From IMG/VR virus record IMGVR_UViG_3300006868_000018, positions 1 through 64,000 of that record: a DNA stretch of 64,000 bases. One strand, written 5' to 3'. Position 1 is the first letter of the stretch. Each line of letters opens with the position of its first letter. The DNA is from an uncultured virus (IMG/VR IMGVR_UViG_3300006868_000018) (Duplodnaviria; Heunggongvirae; Uroviricota; Caudoviricetes). This document shows positions 9,459-18,136 of this stretch, in pieces. The notes under the pieces are model-generated. The model was not told where the DNA came from. It saw only the letters and a program-made list of their open reading frames with translations, and did no database searches. The translations under genes and the position numbers were made by a program.

Positions 9459-9637
9459 GATCGTTCAATAAATTCCTAGAAGATATGACCAGTACCGCCT
9501 CTGTTGTAGGGACTGGTGACGATTCGTCTACTGTTATTGTCCGGAAAAAAAAGAAACGTAAGGATGCTACTGAGATCCTGAGACGTTTCAAGAGGGAATA
9601 TAAGGAGACGAAGAATGACACACAGAAATCTAACTAG
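9455..9637 (+). CDS. Small basic putative internal head peptide
   Basis: MRSFNKFLED capsid-targeting-like start; RKKKKRK. Confidence 0.55.
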   Translation: MRSFNKFLEDMTSTASVVGTGDDSSTVIVRKKKKRKDATEILRRFKREYKETKNDTQKSN

Positions 9638-9651
9638 ACTCAAACTAACTC

Positions 9652-9681
9652 TTGACAGATCCCTCTCCCCTTTGATATAAT
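9652..9681 (+). promoter_or_regulatory. sigma70-type promoter
   Basis: TTGACA-N18-TATAAT upstream of ORF 9703 and the nrd genes. Confidence 0.7.
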
Positions 9682-9702
9682 TCTCCGTCTCTTGGAGAAA
9701 TT

Positions 9703-10053
9703 ATGTCAAAACCTATCAACCTAGACTTCGGCAACAAACTCGTTATCTTCGATGGTGACGAAGATTTGTCGTGGGTCTATGAGATCCAAGAAAACTCAGA
9801 TAGAAACAAATTGGTCTACGTGGCGAGACGTGGGACAAAGGATAGATATCTCTACCCCGATAGATTCTTGGTGGAGAATTATGATGTTGACATGGAGGCG
9901 CACTTCATGTATAATGATAAGTTCAACGAGGAAGACCGAACCGAATATCTTATCGAAAAGGCCCTAGCGTTTGTGAACGAGGGTCGAAGACTCTTTATAG
10001 AAGACTATGCGTTTAGTAGACCTCTAGAATTTTTTGACTATACTAAACGATAA
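9703..10053 (+). CDS. Hypothetical protein
   Basis: 116 aa ORF with GGAGA RBS. Confidence 0.65.
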   Translation: MSKPINLDFGNKLVIFDGDEDLSWVYEIQENSDRNKLVYVARRGTKDRYLYPDRFLVENYDVDMEAHFMYNDKFNEEDRTEYLIEKALAFVNEGRRLFIEDYAFSRPLEFFDYTKR

Positions 10054-10066
10054 CTGGACAGAAAAC

Positions 10067-12055
10067 ATGACATTGAAAATTGATAAAAAGAGGGATGACC
10101 TACTGGCAGATTATGCAGTAGGTATGTTGAAAGACTTTTACCTTAACAGTTACGAGACATCACCACAGGAGGCGTATGGACGAGCAGCTACCGCATGGTC
10201 AACCTATAAAGAAGAGTTGGATGAAGAACTGGCCCAACGCCTCTACGATTATGTCAGTAATAAGTGGTTCATGTTTGCAAGTCCTGTTCTATCTAATGCA
10301 CCAAACGGTCACGGCAAGGGAAAAGGTATGCCAATATCATGTTTCCTTACTTACGTACCCGACACACTTGAAGGTCTTATCGATCATAGTTCTGAGTTGC
10401 GTTGGCTTAGTGTCTATGGTGGTGGTGTGGGAGGTCATTGGTCTGATGTCCGAACAGTTTCCGACATTGCGCCAGGCCCTATCCCGTTCCTACACACTGT
10501 AGATGCGGACATGATTGCGTATCGACAGGGTAAGACTCGTAAGGGTTCTTACGCTGCGTACATGGATGTTTCTCATCCGGACATTGTAGAGTTCCTTAAC
10601 ATGCGTATCCCAACGGGAGACGTTCAACGTAAGGCGTTAAACCTACACAACGCAATCAATATCACCAACGAGTTTATGCAGGCAGTAATGGACAACACTT
10701 CGTTTGATCTGCGAGATCCCAAAGACGGTGGTGTCAAAGAGACCATCAATGCACGTAAACTTTGGGAACGAATTTTAGAAGTGAGGTTCCGTACAGGTGA
10801 ACCGTACCTCAATTTCATTGATACCGCAAACGATGCACTACCACAAAACTTGAAGGATCTGGGACTCAAGATTCATGGATCGAATCTTTGTAACGAGATT
10901 CACCTACCTACTGGACCGGATCGAACGGCGGTGTGTTGTCTGTCCAGTCTAAACTTGGAGTACTATGATGAATGGAAAGATACAACGATTGTGCGTGATC
11001 TTGTCACTATGCTTGATAACGTCTTGCAGTACTTTATCGACAGCGCACCCGACACAATCACCCGCGCAAAGTACAGTGCAGAAAGAGAAAGATCAATCGG
11101 ACTGGGAGCGATGGGGTTTCACTCTCTGTTACAGAAACACGGTGTGGCTTGGGAATCAGCTCGGGCAAAGGAAATTAATGAAGTTGTGTTCAACCACATC
11201 AAAACAGAAGCCACTACCCAATCCAGACACCTTGCTGGATTGCGAGGTGAATATCCTGACGGAGAGGGGAGTGGATTGCGATTCGCGCATTTACTTGCCA
11301 TCGCGCCAAACGCATCTTCCGGAGTTGTACTTTCAACCAGTCCGTCCATTGAGCCCCTGAAGGCGAACGCATACACGCATCGTACCCGAGCGGGAAGTTT
11401 TTTGGTGAAGAACAAGTATCTTGACAAATTACTTACCGAGCGGGGTATAAATACTGATTCTACTTGGACATCTATCATCACACAAAAAGGTTCGGTTCAA
11501 CACCTTCCAGAGTTAACAGAGGGTGAGAAGGCGGTATTCAAGACCGCACAAGAACTTGATCAGAGTTGGGTTGTCACTCACGCCGCAGACAGACAGAAAT
11601 ATATTTGTCAAGGACAGTCGGTCAACCTATTCTTCCCCGCTGGTGCAGAGAAGTCCTACGTTAACAAAGTACATCTCAAAGCGTGGAGAGAGGGTCTCAA
11701 GGGACTCTACTATCTACGTACCGAAGCGAAGGCTCGTGCAGAGAACGTATCGGAGAAAGTGGAACGAGTTGCATTGCAAGATGACAGTCGCACCTTGGTG
11801 TACGGTAAGAAGAATTGTCCGTTCTGTCAACTTGCGAAAGAAGAACTCAAACTACGGGGAATCCCCTATGACTATATCGATCTGGAAGAGATCGGTAAGA
11901 CCGCCGCTGAAGTGACAGGTAGAAAAGTAAAGACTGTCCCTCAAATCTACGTAGAGGGAACGTATGTCGGTGGGTACGAAGAACTCATTGAATTTCTAGA
12001 TAATACCACTACAGAAGTTGTTGAAGAAGAAGAGTGCAAGGCTTGCGAGGGATGA
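10067..12055 (+). CDS. nrdA: Ribonucleotide reductase class Ia alpha subunit with fused glutaredoxin domain
   Basis: SNLCNEI, APNASS and GLYYLR motifs; C-terminal CPFC...TVPQIY Grx domain, then a CKACEG tail; likely start ATG 10067. Confidence 0.95.
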   Translation: MTLKIDKKRDDLLADYAVGMLKDFYLNSYETSPQEAYGRAATAWSTYKEELDEELAQRLYDYVSNKWFMFASPVLSNAPNGHGKGKGMPISCFLTYVPDTLEGLIDHSSELRWLSVYGGGVGGHWSDVRTVSDIAPGPIPFLHTVDADMIAYRQGKTRKGSYAAYMDVSHPDIVEFLNMRIPTGDVQRKALNLHNAINITNEFMQAVMDNTSFDLRDPKDGGVKETINARKLWERILEVRFRTGEPYLNFIDTANDALPQNLKDLGLKIHGSNLCNEIHLPTGPDRTAVCCLSSLNLEYYDEWKDTTIVRDLVTMLDNVLQYFIDSAPDTITRAKYSAERERSIGLGAMGFHSLLQKHGVAWESARAKEINEVVFNHIKTEATTQSRHLAGLRGEYPDGEGSGLRFAHLLAIAPNASSGVVLSTSPSIEPLKANAYTHRTRAGSFLVKNKYLDKLLTERGINTDSTWTSIITQKGSVQHLPELTEGEKAVFKTAQELDQSWVVTHAADRQKYICQGQSVNLFFPAGAEKSYVNKVHLKAWREGLKGLYYLRTEAKARAENVSEKVERVALQDDSRTLVYGKKNCPFCQLAKEELKLRGIPYDYIDLEEIGKTAAEVTGRKVKTVPQIYVEGTYVGGYEELIEFLDNTTTEVVEEEECKACEG

Positions 12056-12056
12056 C

Positions 12057-12434
12057 ATGGCATATTCGGAAAAGGTATTAGACCACTACGAAAACCCACG
12101 TAACGTGGGTAAGTTCGACGAAGACGAAGAAGACATTGGTACAGGTATGGTGGGTGCACCCGCTTGTGGTGATGTCATGAGACTACAGATCAGGGTGAGT
12201 GATGAAGGAATTATTGAAGACGCACGGTTTAAAACTTATGGTTGTGGTAGTGCTATCGCTTCTAGTTCTCTACTCACCGAATGGGTCAAAGGGAAAAATC
12301 TTGAAGACGCCGGGCAAATCCGTAATACAGATATCGCAGAAGAACTCGCACTTCCACCCGTAAAAATTCATTGTAGTGTTCTTGCAGAAGACGCAATCAA
12401 AGCAGCCATCAAAGATTACAAGGAAAAACACTGA
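12057..12434 (+). CDS. iscU: Fe-S cluster scaffold protein IscU
   Basis: MAYSEKVLDHYENPRNVG, GAPACGDVM, GCGSAIAS and LPPVKIHCSVLAEDA motifs. Confidence 0.97.
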   Translation: MAYSEKVLDHYENPRNVGKFDEDEEDIGTGMVGAPACGDVMRLQIRVSDEGIIEDARFKTYGCGSAIASSSLLTEWVKGKNLEDAGQIRNTDIAEELALPPVKIHCSVLAEDAIKAAIKDYKEKH

Positions 12435-13426
12435 TGTCCCTATTAGAATTTAGTACAACCTACAAACCGTTCAAGTATCCTTGGGCGGTAGAACTCTCTA
12501 AGAAACATGAAGAGGTTCATTGGATTGAGGATGAGGCGGAACTGTCTGAAGACGTACAGGACTGGAAGACTAAACTTACCGATGAGGAGAAAGACTTCAT
12601 CACACACATTCTCAGACTGTTTACTCAGTCGGATGTTCAGGTGGGCGAGAACTACCACGAACTACTAATCCCTCGTTTTAAAAACAACGAGGTCCGTAAC
12701 ATGTTGTCCTCGTTCGCCGGACGGGAGGCAGTACACCAACGTGCATATGCACTGTTGAACGATACTCTGGGTCTACCCGACGAAGAGTACCACAAGTTTC
12801 TTGAGTTCAAGGAGATGGCAGACAAAGTTGACTTCATGAAAGAAGGTGACGTTAGTACACACACGGGTCTTGCACTCGCCCTTGCTCAGTCAGTATTCAA
12901 CGAAGGTATGAGTCTTTTCTCTTCATTCGTGATGTTGTTGAACTTTCAACGATTCGGAAAGATGAAGGGTATGGGTACAATCGTGGAATGGTCGATACGT
13001 GATGAAACACTTCACGTGCAAGGGAATGCAAAACTGTTTCGTACATTCTGTGAGGAACATCCTCGCATCGTGAACGATGAACTTAAATCCAAAATCTATG
13101 AGATGGCAAAAAATGCAGTTGAACTGGAAGACAAATTTATCAACCTTGCGTTCCGTGGTAACGATGTACAGGGACTCACTAAGACTGAAGTTAGGAAGTA
13201 TATTCGTCATATCGCTGATAGGCGTTTACTTCAACTGGGTCTCAAACCAAAATTTAGACAGAAGGATAATCCCCTCACCTGGCTTGACTGGGTGCTTAAC
13301 GGTGCATCCCATGACAACTTCTTCGAAAAAAGAGTTACCGAATACAGTGTTGTTGGGATGGCAGGAAGTTGGGGATGGGAGGAAAGTCCCGTTGTGTGCG
13401 ACATTAGCGAGAATGTCGCTGCATGA
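12434..13426 (+). CDS. nrdB: Ribonucleotide reductase class Ia beta subunit
   Basis: EAVHQRAY, NEG, RDETLH and NFFEKRVTEY motifs. Confidence 0.95.
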   Translation: MSLLEFSTTYKPFKYPWAVELSKKHEEVHWIEDEAELSEDVQDWKTKLTDEEKDFITHILRLFTQSDVQVGENYHELLIPRFKNNEVRNMLSSFAGREAVHQRAYALLNDTLGLPDEEYHKFLEFKEMADKVDFMKEGDVSTHTGLALALAQSVFNEGMSLFSSFVMLLNFQRFGKMKGMGTIVEWSIRDETLHVQGNAKLFRTFCEEHPRIVNDELKSKIYEMAKNAVELEDKFINLAFRGNDVQGLTKTEVRKYIRHIADRRLLQLGLKPKFRQKDNPLTWLDWVLNGASHDNFFEKRVTEYSVVGMAGSWGWEESPVVCDISENVAA

Positions 13427-13575
13427 TGGAGTCTTACATATACCAAGTTGAGTGCGTTATATGTGATGGCATCACCAAGGTTGTTTGTAGTTACGATGAT
13501 GACGAACCTCTCTACTGTCCTTTGTGCGGTGAAGAGGCGGAAGTTGAATATCTAGGAGATAGTGCCGTAGTATAA
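13423..13575 (+). CDS. 50 aa zinc-ribbon microprotein (below the ORF-track cutoff)
   Basis: MMESYIYQVECVICDG...YCPLCGEEAE, two CxxC; ATGA overlap with the nrdB stop. Confidence 0.7.
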   Translation: MMESYIYQVECVICDGITKVVCSYDDDEPLYCPLCGEEAEVEYLGDSAVV

Positions 13576-13588
13576 GTCTACATACAGT

Positions 13589-13996
13589 ATGTGGATTTAT
13601 AACGGAACGCCTTACGAACCAGATGAAGACGAACTCAGTCAGTGGGTTGGGTTCGTCTATCTGATCACTGAACGTGACACCAACAAGAAGTATGTTGGTA
13701 AGAAGTTCTTTTGGTCTACTCGAAAATTGCCTCCTCTTAAGGGACAAAAAAGGAAGAGGATCAAAAAGGTTCAGTCCGACTGGAGAGACTACTACGGATC
13801 ATCCGAAGAACTAAAACTTCTAGTCGAAACGAAAGGTGGGGACGCCTACCATCGTCAAATTTTGAGGTTGTGCAAATCGAAAGGTGAGTGTTCCTACTAT
13901 GAGGCGAAAGAACAATTTGATCGTGATGTTCTGTTGCGAGAGGATTACTACAATGCGTTCATTGGTTGTAAGATACATGCGAAACATATCCAATGA
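13589..13996 (+). CDS. GIY-YIG family endonuclease, in the position of T4 denA after nrdB
   Basis: GFVYLIT...KKYVGKK...YYGSS motifs. Confidence 0.75.
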   Translation: MWIYNGTPYEPDEDELSQWVGFVYLITERDTNKKYVGKKFFWSTRKLPPLKGQKRKRIKKVQSDWRDYYGSSEELKLLVETKGGDAYHRQILRLCKSKGECSYYEAKEQFDRDVLLREDYYNAFIGCKIHAKHIQ

Positions 13997-15198
13997 TTGT
14001 TGATCGAAATATAATCAACCCCGATATTATTTACGATGGTAAGACCAAGAATGAACTCATTCGAGACATCGACGGTTGGAAGAGACTACTCGTAGACACG
14101 CATAGTTTGAAAAAGGGCGACATGGTTGCGGTGTCAATCATGAACGTAAGTACGAGACACGTGTCGGCCGTGTTCGCTTGTGCAGAACTAGGATTACGGT
14201 TGATCCTACTTGATTCCCCCGCACACAAAGAATCTTTACCGTACACCAAGATTGCAAGGTTTGGTCCAGCGGACCTAACTATCACCGATGGTATTGGTGA
14301 AAAATTGTACAAGGGGTTGCACGGTGATATGATCCACCACAATTCCAAAAAGGTCGTTCATGAACTTGATATGGAACCAAGTCCGGATCCATACTTCCCT
14401 TGGTACGCCGAAGAGTCGGATCCCTTTTTAGTATCCAGTACTTCGGGAACGACACAGTACTCTCGCAAGATAGAGTTCACTCATGAAGACTGTATGGTCT
14501 TCGCACTTCGAAACATTCACATATTCAAGTTCCACCCTAGTTCAGTTTGTTGGCACACCAAGAACATGCACCATGCATCTTCTATGTTGACAGACCTTCT
14601 ACCCTCTGTGATGGCCAGTAATCGTCACTGGAGTTACTCTCTGCCAGACAGGAAAGAATGGTTACCACTCACCAAGAATGAGGCCATAACCTTCATAGAG
14701 GACCGTGGCATCAATCGGTGTATCGTACCTAACCGTGACATCCTAGATTGGTTGATAAGAGGACACACCTTCAAAAAACGCTTGACAATTAACATGTCTG
14801 GGTTTACAATGGATAAAGACTATGGGGACATGTGTGCAATGCATAATCTCAGGTTCATATCCCACTACGGTTCTATAGACACCGCTATCCCCGCACTGGT
14901 GAACTATGTGGATGAAACCTATGATGAGGATGAGAATTGTCTGGGTGTCCTAGCGGATACGCAATTTATGGTTGGGGTCAATCCCGAACACGCATATGTA
15001 ATCCACCAGAGATGGAAAGAATCCCGTCAACTGGGTGACAGACTCGAATATCGAAATGGGAAGTATTATCATTTGGGTAGAATCGAGAACATCAAACTGC
15101 CTGAGGGCATCGATCTAGAACCCTTTTACCAAGATACCAAGGTAAACATGGACCAACTGAGGGGGTACATGTGGGAAAAATTTTCAAAAATAATTTAA
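13993..15198 (+). CDS. AMP-binding (ANL superfamily) adenylation-like enzyme, C-terminally short
   Basis: LKKGDMVAV, STSGTTQYSRK (A3-like), HYGS, LGD and YHLGR motifs. Confidence 0.65.
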   Translation: MIVDRNIINPDIIYDGKTKNELIRDIDGWKRLLVDTHSLKKGDMVAVSIMNVSTRHVSAVFACAELGLRLILLDSPAHKESLPYTKIARFGPADLTITDGIGEKLYKGLHGDMIHHNSKKVVHELDMEPSPDPYFPWYAEESDPFLVSSTSGTTQYSRKIEFTHEDCMVFALRNIHIFKFHPSSVCWHTKNMHHASSMLTDLLPSVMASNRHWSYSLPDRKEWLPLTKNEAITFIEDRGINRCIVPNRDILDWLIRGHTFKKRLTINMSGFTMDKDYGDMCAMHNLRFISHYGSIDTAIPALVNYVDETYDEDENCLGVLADTQFMVGVNPEHAYVIHQRWKESRQLGDRLEYRNGKYYHLGRIENIKLPEGIDLEPFYQDTKVNMDQLRGYMWEKFSKII

Positions 15199-15206
15199 AA
15201 AAACGC

Positions 15207-15235
15207 TTGACTTTTCTTGCCAGACTTGTTAGTAT
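15207..15235 (+). promoter_or_regulatory. Phage early promoter, repeat class A
   Basis: A-tract + TTGACTTTTCTTGCC; 17 nt spacer to TAGTAT. Confidence 0.8.
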
Positions 15236-15278
15236 AAGAAGTAATTTGGTTGTTTTGAGGAGACTGTGAGGTAATGTG

Positions 15279-15416
15279 ATGGAAGACTTGGTTTACTACT
15301 TAGAAGTTGAGGGAGTACTCCTGCCGGAGTGTTTTGAGTGTGAAGATGATGCGATAGAATACGCAGTCCAGAATGGTCTGGATGAGTACGAAATCGTAGA
15401 ATGGGATGTTGATTGA
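15279..15416 (+). CDS. 45 aa acidic early protein
   Basis: MEDLVYYLEVEG...WDVD; GAGG RBS; follows an early promoter. Confidence 0.55.
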   Translation: MEDLVYYLEVEGVLLPECFECEDDAIEYAVQNGLDEYEIVEWDVD

Positions 15417-15640
15417 TGATTAGAATTGTGATTGGTTTGTTGATGACGTTTGGTGCGGTTGGTACTCAGGACTTCTATGATGAGTGTCTGATGGCCGCAG
15501 ACTGTGTGGCTGGTGATCCCCCTAGTATGTGGGTGACTTGTGGTCTCGCCCTAGTTGGCCTCTTTCTGATGTATTGGGGTGTCTGGGACAACCGTGATGA
15601 CTTCGTGAATGATGACGATGACCGTCCATATTGGGGGTAA
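15416..15640 (+). CDS. Small membrane protein
   Basis: Two hydrophobic segments; TGATG coupling. Confidence 0.6.
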   Translation: MIRIVIGLLMTFGAVGTQDFYDECLMAADCVAGDPPSMWVTCGLALVGLFLMYWGVWDNRDDFVNDDDDRPYWG

Positions 15641-15668
15641 AAAATATCACTTTTTTTGAAAAAAAGTC

Positions 15669-15697
15669 TTGACTTTTCTTGCCCGATGGGTTATAGT
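15669..15697 (+). promoter_or_regulatory. Phage early promoter, repeat class A
   Basis: A-tract + TTGACTTTTCTTGCC; 17 nt spacer to TATAGT. Confidence 0.85.
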
Positions 15698-15729
15698 ATA
15701 CCTGTAACGTTGATTGAGAGAGTATTGTT

Positions 15730-16278
15730 ATGAAAGAGTTGATTGCGAAGTTTGAAGAACGTGGATACGAGTTGGCCATGGATTATGGTAACAACGTTGC
15801 CAAGTGTGTCCGTCCCGCCCCCCGTGCTCGTCTTGGTTACAAGATTGAGTTCAACTACCGCTTCGGTAGTGAGGTTCGCATGGTGGAGTACTGTGAGGAC
15901 TTCCTCGTCAGTCTTGATCGTGCTGCGAAGTACAAAGAAGAACGCAAGATTGCCCGTGCGAACGCTCGGAAAGAGGCAATCGCCAACGTCAAAGAGGGTG
16001 ACTTGTTCGTCGCGTCTTGGGGTTGGGAACAGACTAACGTTGATGCCTATCAGGTTGTTGCGAAGAAGGGTGCGAGTGTTGTCCTTCGTGAGATCGCCCT
16101 TCAGAGTGTTGAAGGTTCTGAGGGTTTCATGAGTGACCGTGTTGTCCCCGTCAAGGATGCCTTCATTGGTAGTGAGTTCAAGAAGCGAATCGCTGGTAAG
16201 TACATCAACATTGATGACGTTCGTATGGCTTGTCCTGCGGAAGAAGGTAAAGATTTTTATAGGAGTTGGTACGCATAA
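15730..16278 (+). CDS. Early hypothetical protein
   Basis: 182 aa; GDLFVASWGWEQTNVDAYQVV motif seen in phage early proteins. Confidence 0.7.
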   Translation: MKELIAKFEERGYELAMDYGNNVAKCVRPAPRARLGYKIEFNYRFGSEVRMVEYCEDFLVSLDRAAKYKEERKIARANARKEAIANVKEGDLFVASWGWEQTNVDAYQVVAKKGASVVLREIALQSVEGSEGFMSDRVVPVKDAFIGSEFKKRIAGKYINIDDVRMACPAEEGKDFYRSWYA

Positions 16279-16547
16279 TGACTGTTATTCCGATTGGTAG
16301 TGGTAAGATTGTGACTGAGAAATATCGTAAGTTCCAAATGTTTCGTGAGTTCCGTAACTATTGTCTGTCTTTCTATGGTTACGATGGGATCTACCCCATC
16401 GCTGGATTGACTGTTGACTATCTCGAACAGGCTATTGTCAAGTACATTGACCTGTGTCGGGATCCTCAAAACTTCTTTGAGTGGGGTGACGGTGACAGTC
16501 TTGACCGTGAACGTGTTCGTGATTTAATTCTACAGGAGAGTGTGTAA
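16278..16547 (+). CDS. Early hypothetical protein
   Basis: FYGYDGIYP...GDSLDRERVRD; TAATG coupling. Confidence 0.65.
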   Translation: MTVIPIGSGKIVTEKYRKFQMFREFRNYCLSFYGYDGIYPIAGLTVDYLEQAIVKYIDLCRDPQNFFEWGDGDSLDRERVRDLILQESV

Positions 16548-16753
16548 TGACATATATTGCAAAACCATATCTTGGTCGAGAGAAGGGTCGCAAGGAATTT
16601 GCAACCGCAAAAGAGGCGGTCAAGTACCTTCTCGAAGAAACTGGGTGTGAGGAGTACGGTAACCGTATGACCGCCGAAGATTGGGTGATGATTGAAAAGT
16701 TGGTTCCGCCTGCGGGGGTATACTTCCGCGAGAACAAGGAGTTCGCGGCATGA
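16547..16753 (+). CDS. Early hypothetical protein
   Basis: Coupled ORF with GGAGA RBS. Confidence 0.6.
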   Translation: MTYIAKPYLGREKGRKEFATAKEAVKYLLEETGCEEYGNRMTAEDWVMIEKLVPPAGVYFRENKEFAA

Positions 16754-16965
16754 GTTTAGTGTACTGCGATTTCATCGCAGACTTCATTAAGAAGACTCTT
16801 CCCTCTGCAAAGATGTATGGGGAAGACTTCACTAGTGATGTGGGTCCAGTCAAGTTGGATCTGAATGTCGATGGGGTTTTCTTGTCCACCAAGAAGACTC
16901 TGGATCTTGTAGATAATAACGGTACTAAGTATCGTATAACCGTTGAGGAAATGCCTGATGAGTAA
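16750..16965 (+). CDS. Early hypothetical protein
   Basis: ATGA overlap; AGGAG RBS. Confidence 0.6.
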   Translation: MSLVYCDFIADFIKKTLPSAKMYGEDFTSDVGPVKLDLNVDGVFLSTKKTLDLVDNNGTKYRITVEEMPDE

Positions 16966-17164
16966 GATGGGTCAATTTGTTTTTGAAGTTCAAGAGATCG
17001 TGTGCGATAACTACAACGAACCTTTCTCTGTTGTTGAGGAAAAGATCCGGACTCGTTTCGGGCCTGTAGCGGAATACGCTGTTCAAACCGCTCGTCAAGA
17101 GTACGATCAAATTTTTTCAGATTTTGAAGAATTTGAACAATATCTTGCATCTGGGGAACGGTAA
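16958..17164 (+). CDS. Early hypothetical protein
   Basis: MSKMGQFVFEVQE; GAGG RBS. Confidence 0.6.
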   Translation: MSKMGQFVFEVQEIVCDNYNEPFSVVEEKIRTRFGPVAEYAVQTARQEYDQIFSDFEEFEQYLASGER

Positions 17165-17193
17165 AACCCTATATACTATAACAGGTGAATTAT

Positions 17194-17634
17194 ATGGCAT
17201 ACGTAGGTGAAACCAAACAAGTCTATGAAATTTTCGAGGAAATCGAAAATGCAAAAAACAAAGCAGAGCGGATGACAGTACTCAAGAAGTACTCTGACGT
17301 ACCCGCATTGAAGGATGTCCTTCGAGGAACCTTCGACAAATCTTTGGTCTTCCTTCTTCCCGAAGGCAAACCGCCCTATACTCCAAACATTCCGGAGTCA
17401 GTCCCATCTTCCTTACTCAAAGCCCATAAAAACTTTGGATACTTTGTAAAGGGTGGGCCTGGTACAGAATTACCCGCATTCAGACGGGAGAAGATGTTTA
17501 TCGACATGCTCGAATCAATTCATCCGGCTGATGCAGAAATCGTCTTGAACATGGTTGCGAAAAAACAACCAGTGAAGGGCGTAACCCTTAAACTAGTACA
17601 GGAGGCATTTCCAAACTTAATTCAATCTTCTTAA
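17194..17634 (+). CDS. Conserved T4-like hypothetical protein
   Basis: LPEGKPPY...RREKMFIDMLESIHPADAE...VQEAFP motifs. Confidence 0.75.
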   Translation: MAYVGETKQVYEIFEEIENAKNKAERMTVLKKYSDVPALKDVLRGTFDKSLVFLLPEGKPPYTPNIPESVPSSLLKAHKNFGYFVKGGPGTELPAFRREKMFIDMLESIHPADAEIVLNMVAKKQPVKGVTLKLVQEAFPNLIQSS

Positions 17635-17657
17635 CTCACCAACAAAAAAGGAGTGTT

Positions 17658-17831
17658 ATGACAGCAACTCAGATAGAACGATTAAAAAGAGACAGTCGAG
17701 AACTAGATAATTATATTGCGAGTCTCAATAAAAAGGGAAAAACTCAGAAGGCGCACAAACTGATGGCCAAACGGGAGTTTCTCAATCAGACTATTTTAGA
17801 AGTCGAACCTAAATTCACTCAAGTACAATAA
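17658..17831 (+). CDS. 57 aa basic helical protein (below the ORF-track cutoff)
   Basis: MTATQIERLKRDSRELD...; strong AAGGAG RBS. Confidence 0.65.
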   Translation: MTATQIERLKRDSRELDNYIASLNKKGKTQKAHKLMAKREFLNQTILEVEPKFTQVQ

Positions 17832-17899
17832 GGAAGGTGATCCTATCTCTTCATCGAAAGATGTCGTAGTGAGGTTTGATATTAAGTGTGAAGTAAACC

Positions 17900-18136
17900 A
17901 TGCCAACTTATACGTTTAAAAATTTGGAAACCGGAGAGATTTTGGAGGAGTCTCTCCGAATGTCCGAATACGATCAATTTAAGATCGACAATCCCCATCT
18001 AGAAAGAGTTTACAATTCAGTGCCAGGCCTGATATCTGGACGAATCAGTCCTATGCGTAAGGCGGGTAAGGAATGGGAAAATCATCTAGAGAGGATTAAG
18101 AAAGGTTCTGGAAAAGGAAATACCATCAATACATGA
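17900..18136 (+). CDS. FmdB-like small protein
   Basis: MPTYTFKNLETGE start, typical of T4-like FmdB-type genes; the cysteines are absent. Confidence 0.65.
   Translation: MPTYTFKNLETGEILEESLRMSEYDQFKIDNPHLERVYNSVPGLISGRISPMRKAGKEWENHLERIKKGSGKGNTINT

Noticed and set aside
11421..11453. TTGACA plus TATAAATA inside nrdA as a sigma70 promoter
   Set aside because: The 19 nt spacing is poor; it may be a late promoter for iscU/nrdB, but support is too weak to list.
10067..13426. Intron or intein in nrdA/nrdB
   Set aside because: Both frames are continuous and of normal size; the extra NrdA length is the glutaredoxin domain.
13589..13996. GIY-YIG gene as a mobile homing element
   Set aside because: It is a short catalytic domain only, with no DNA-binding tail and no interrupted host gene; it is more likely a resident nuclease.
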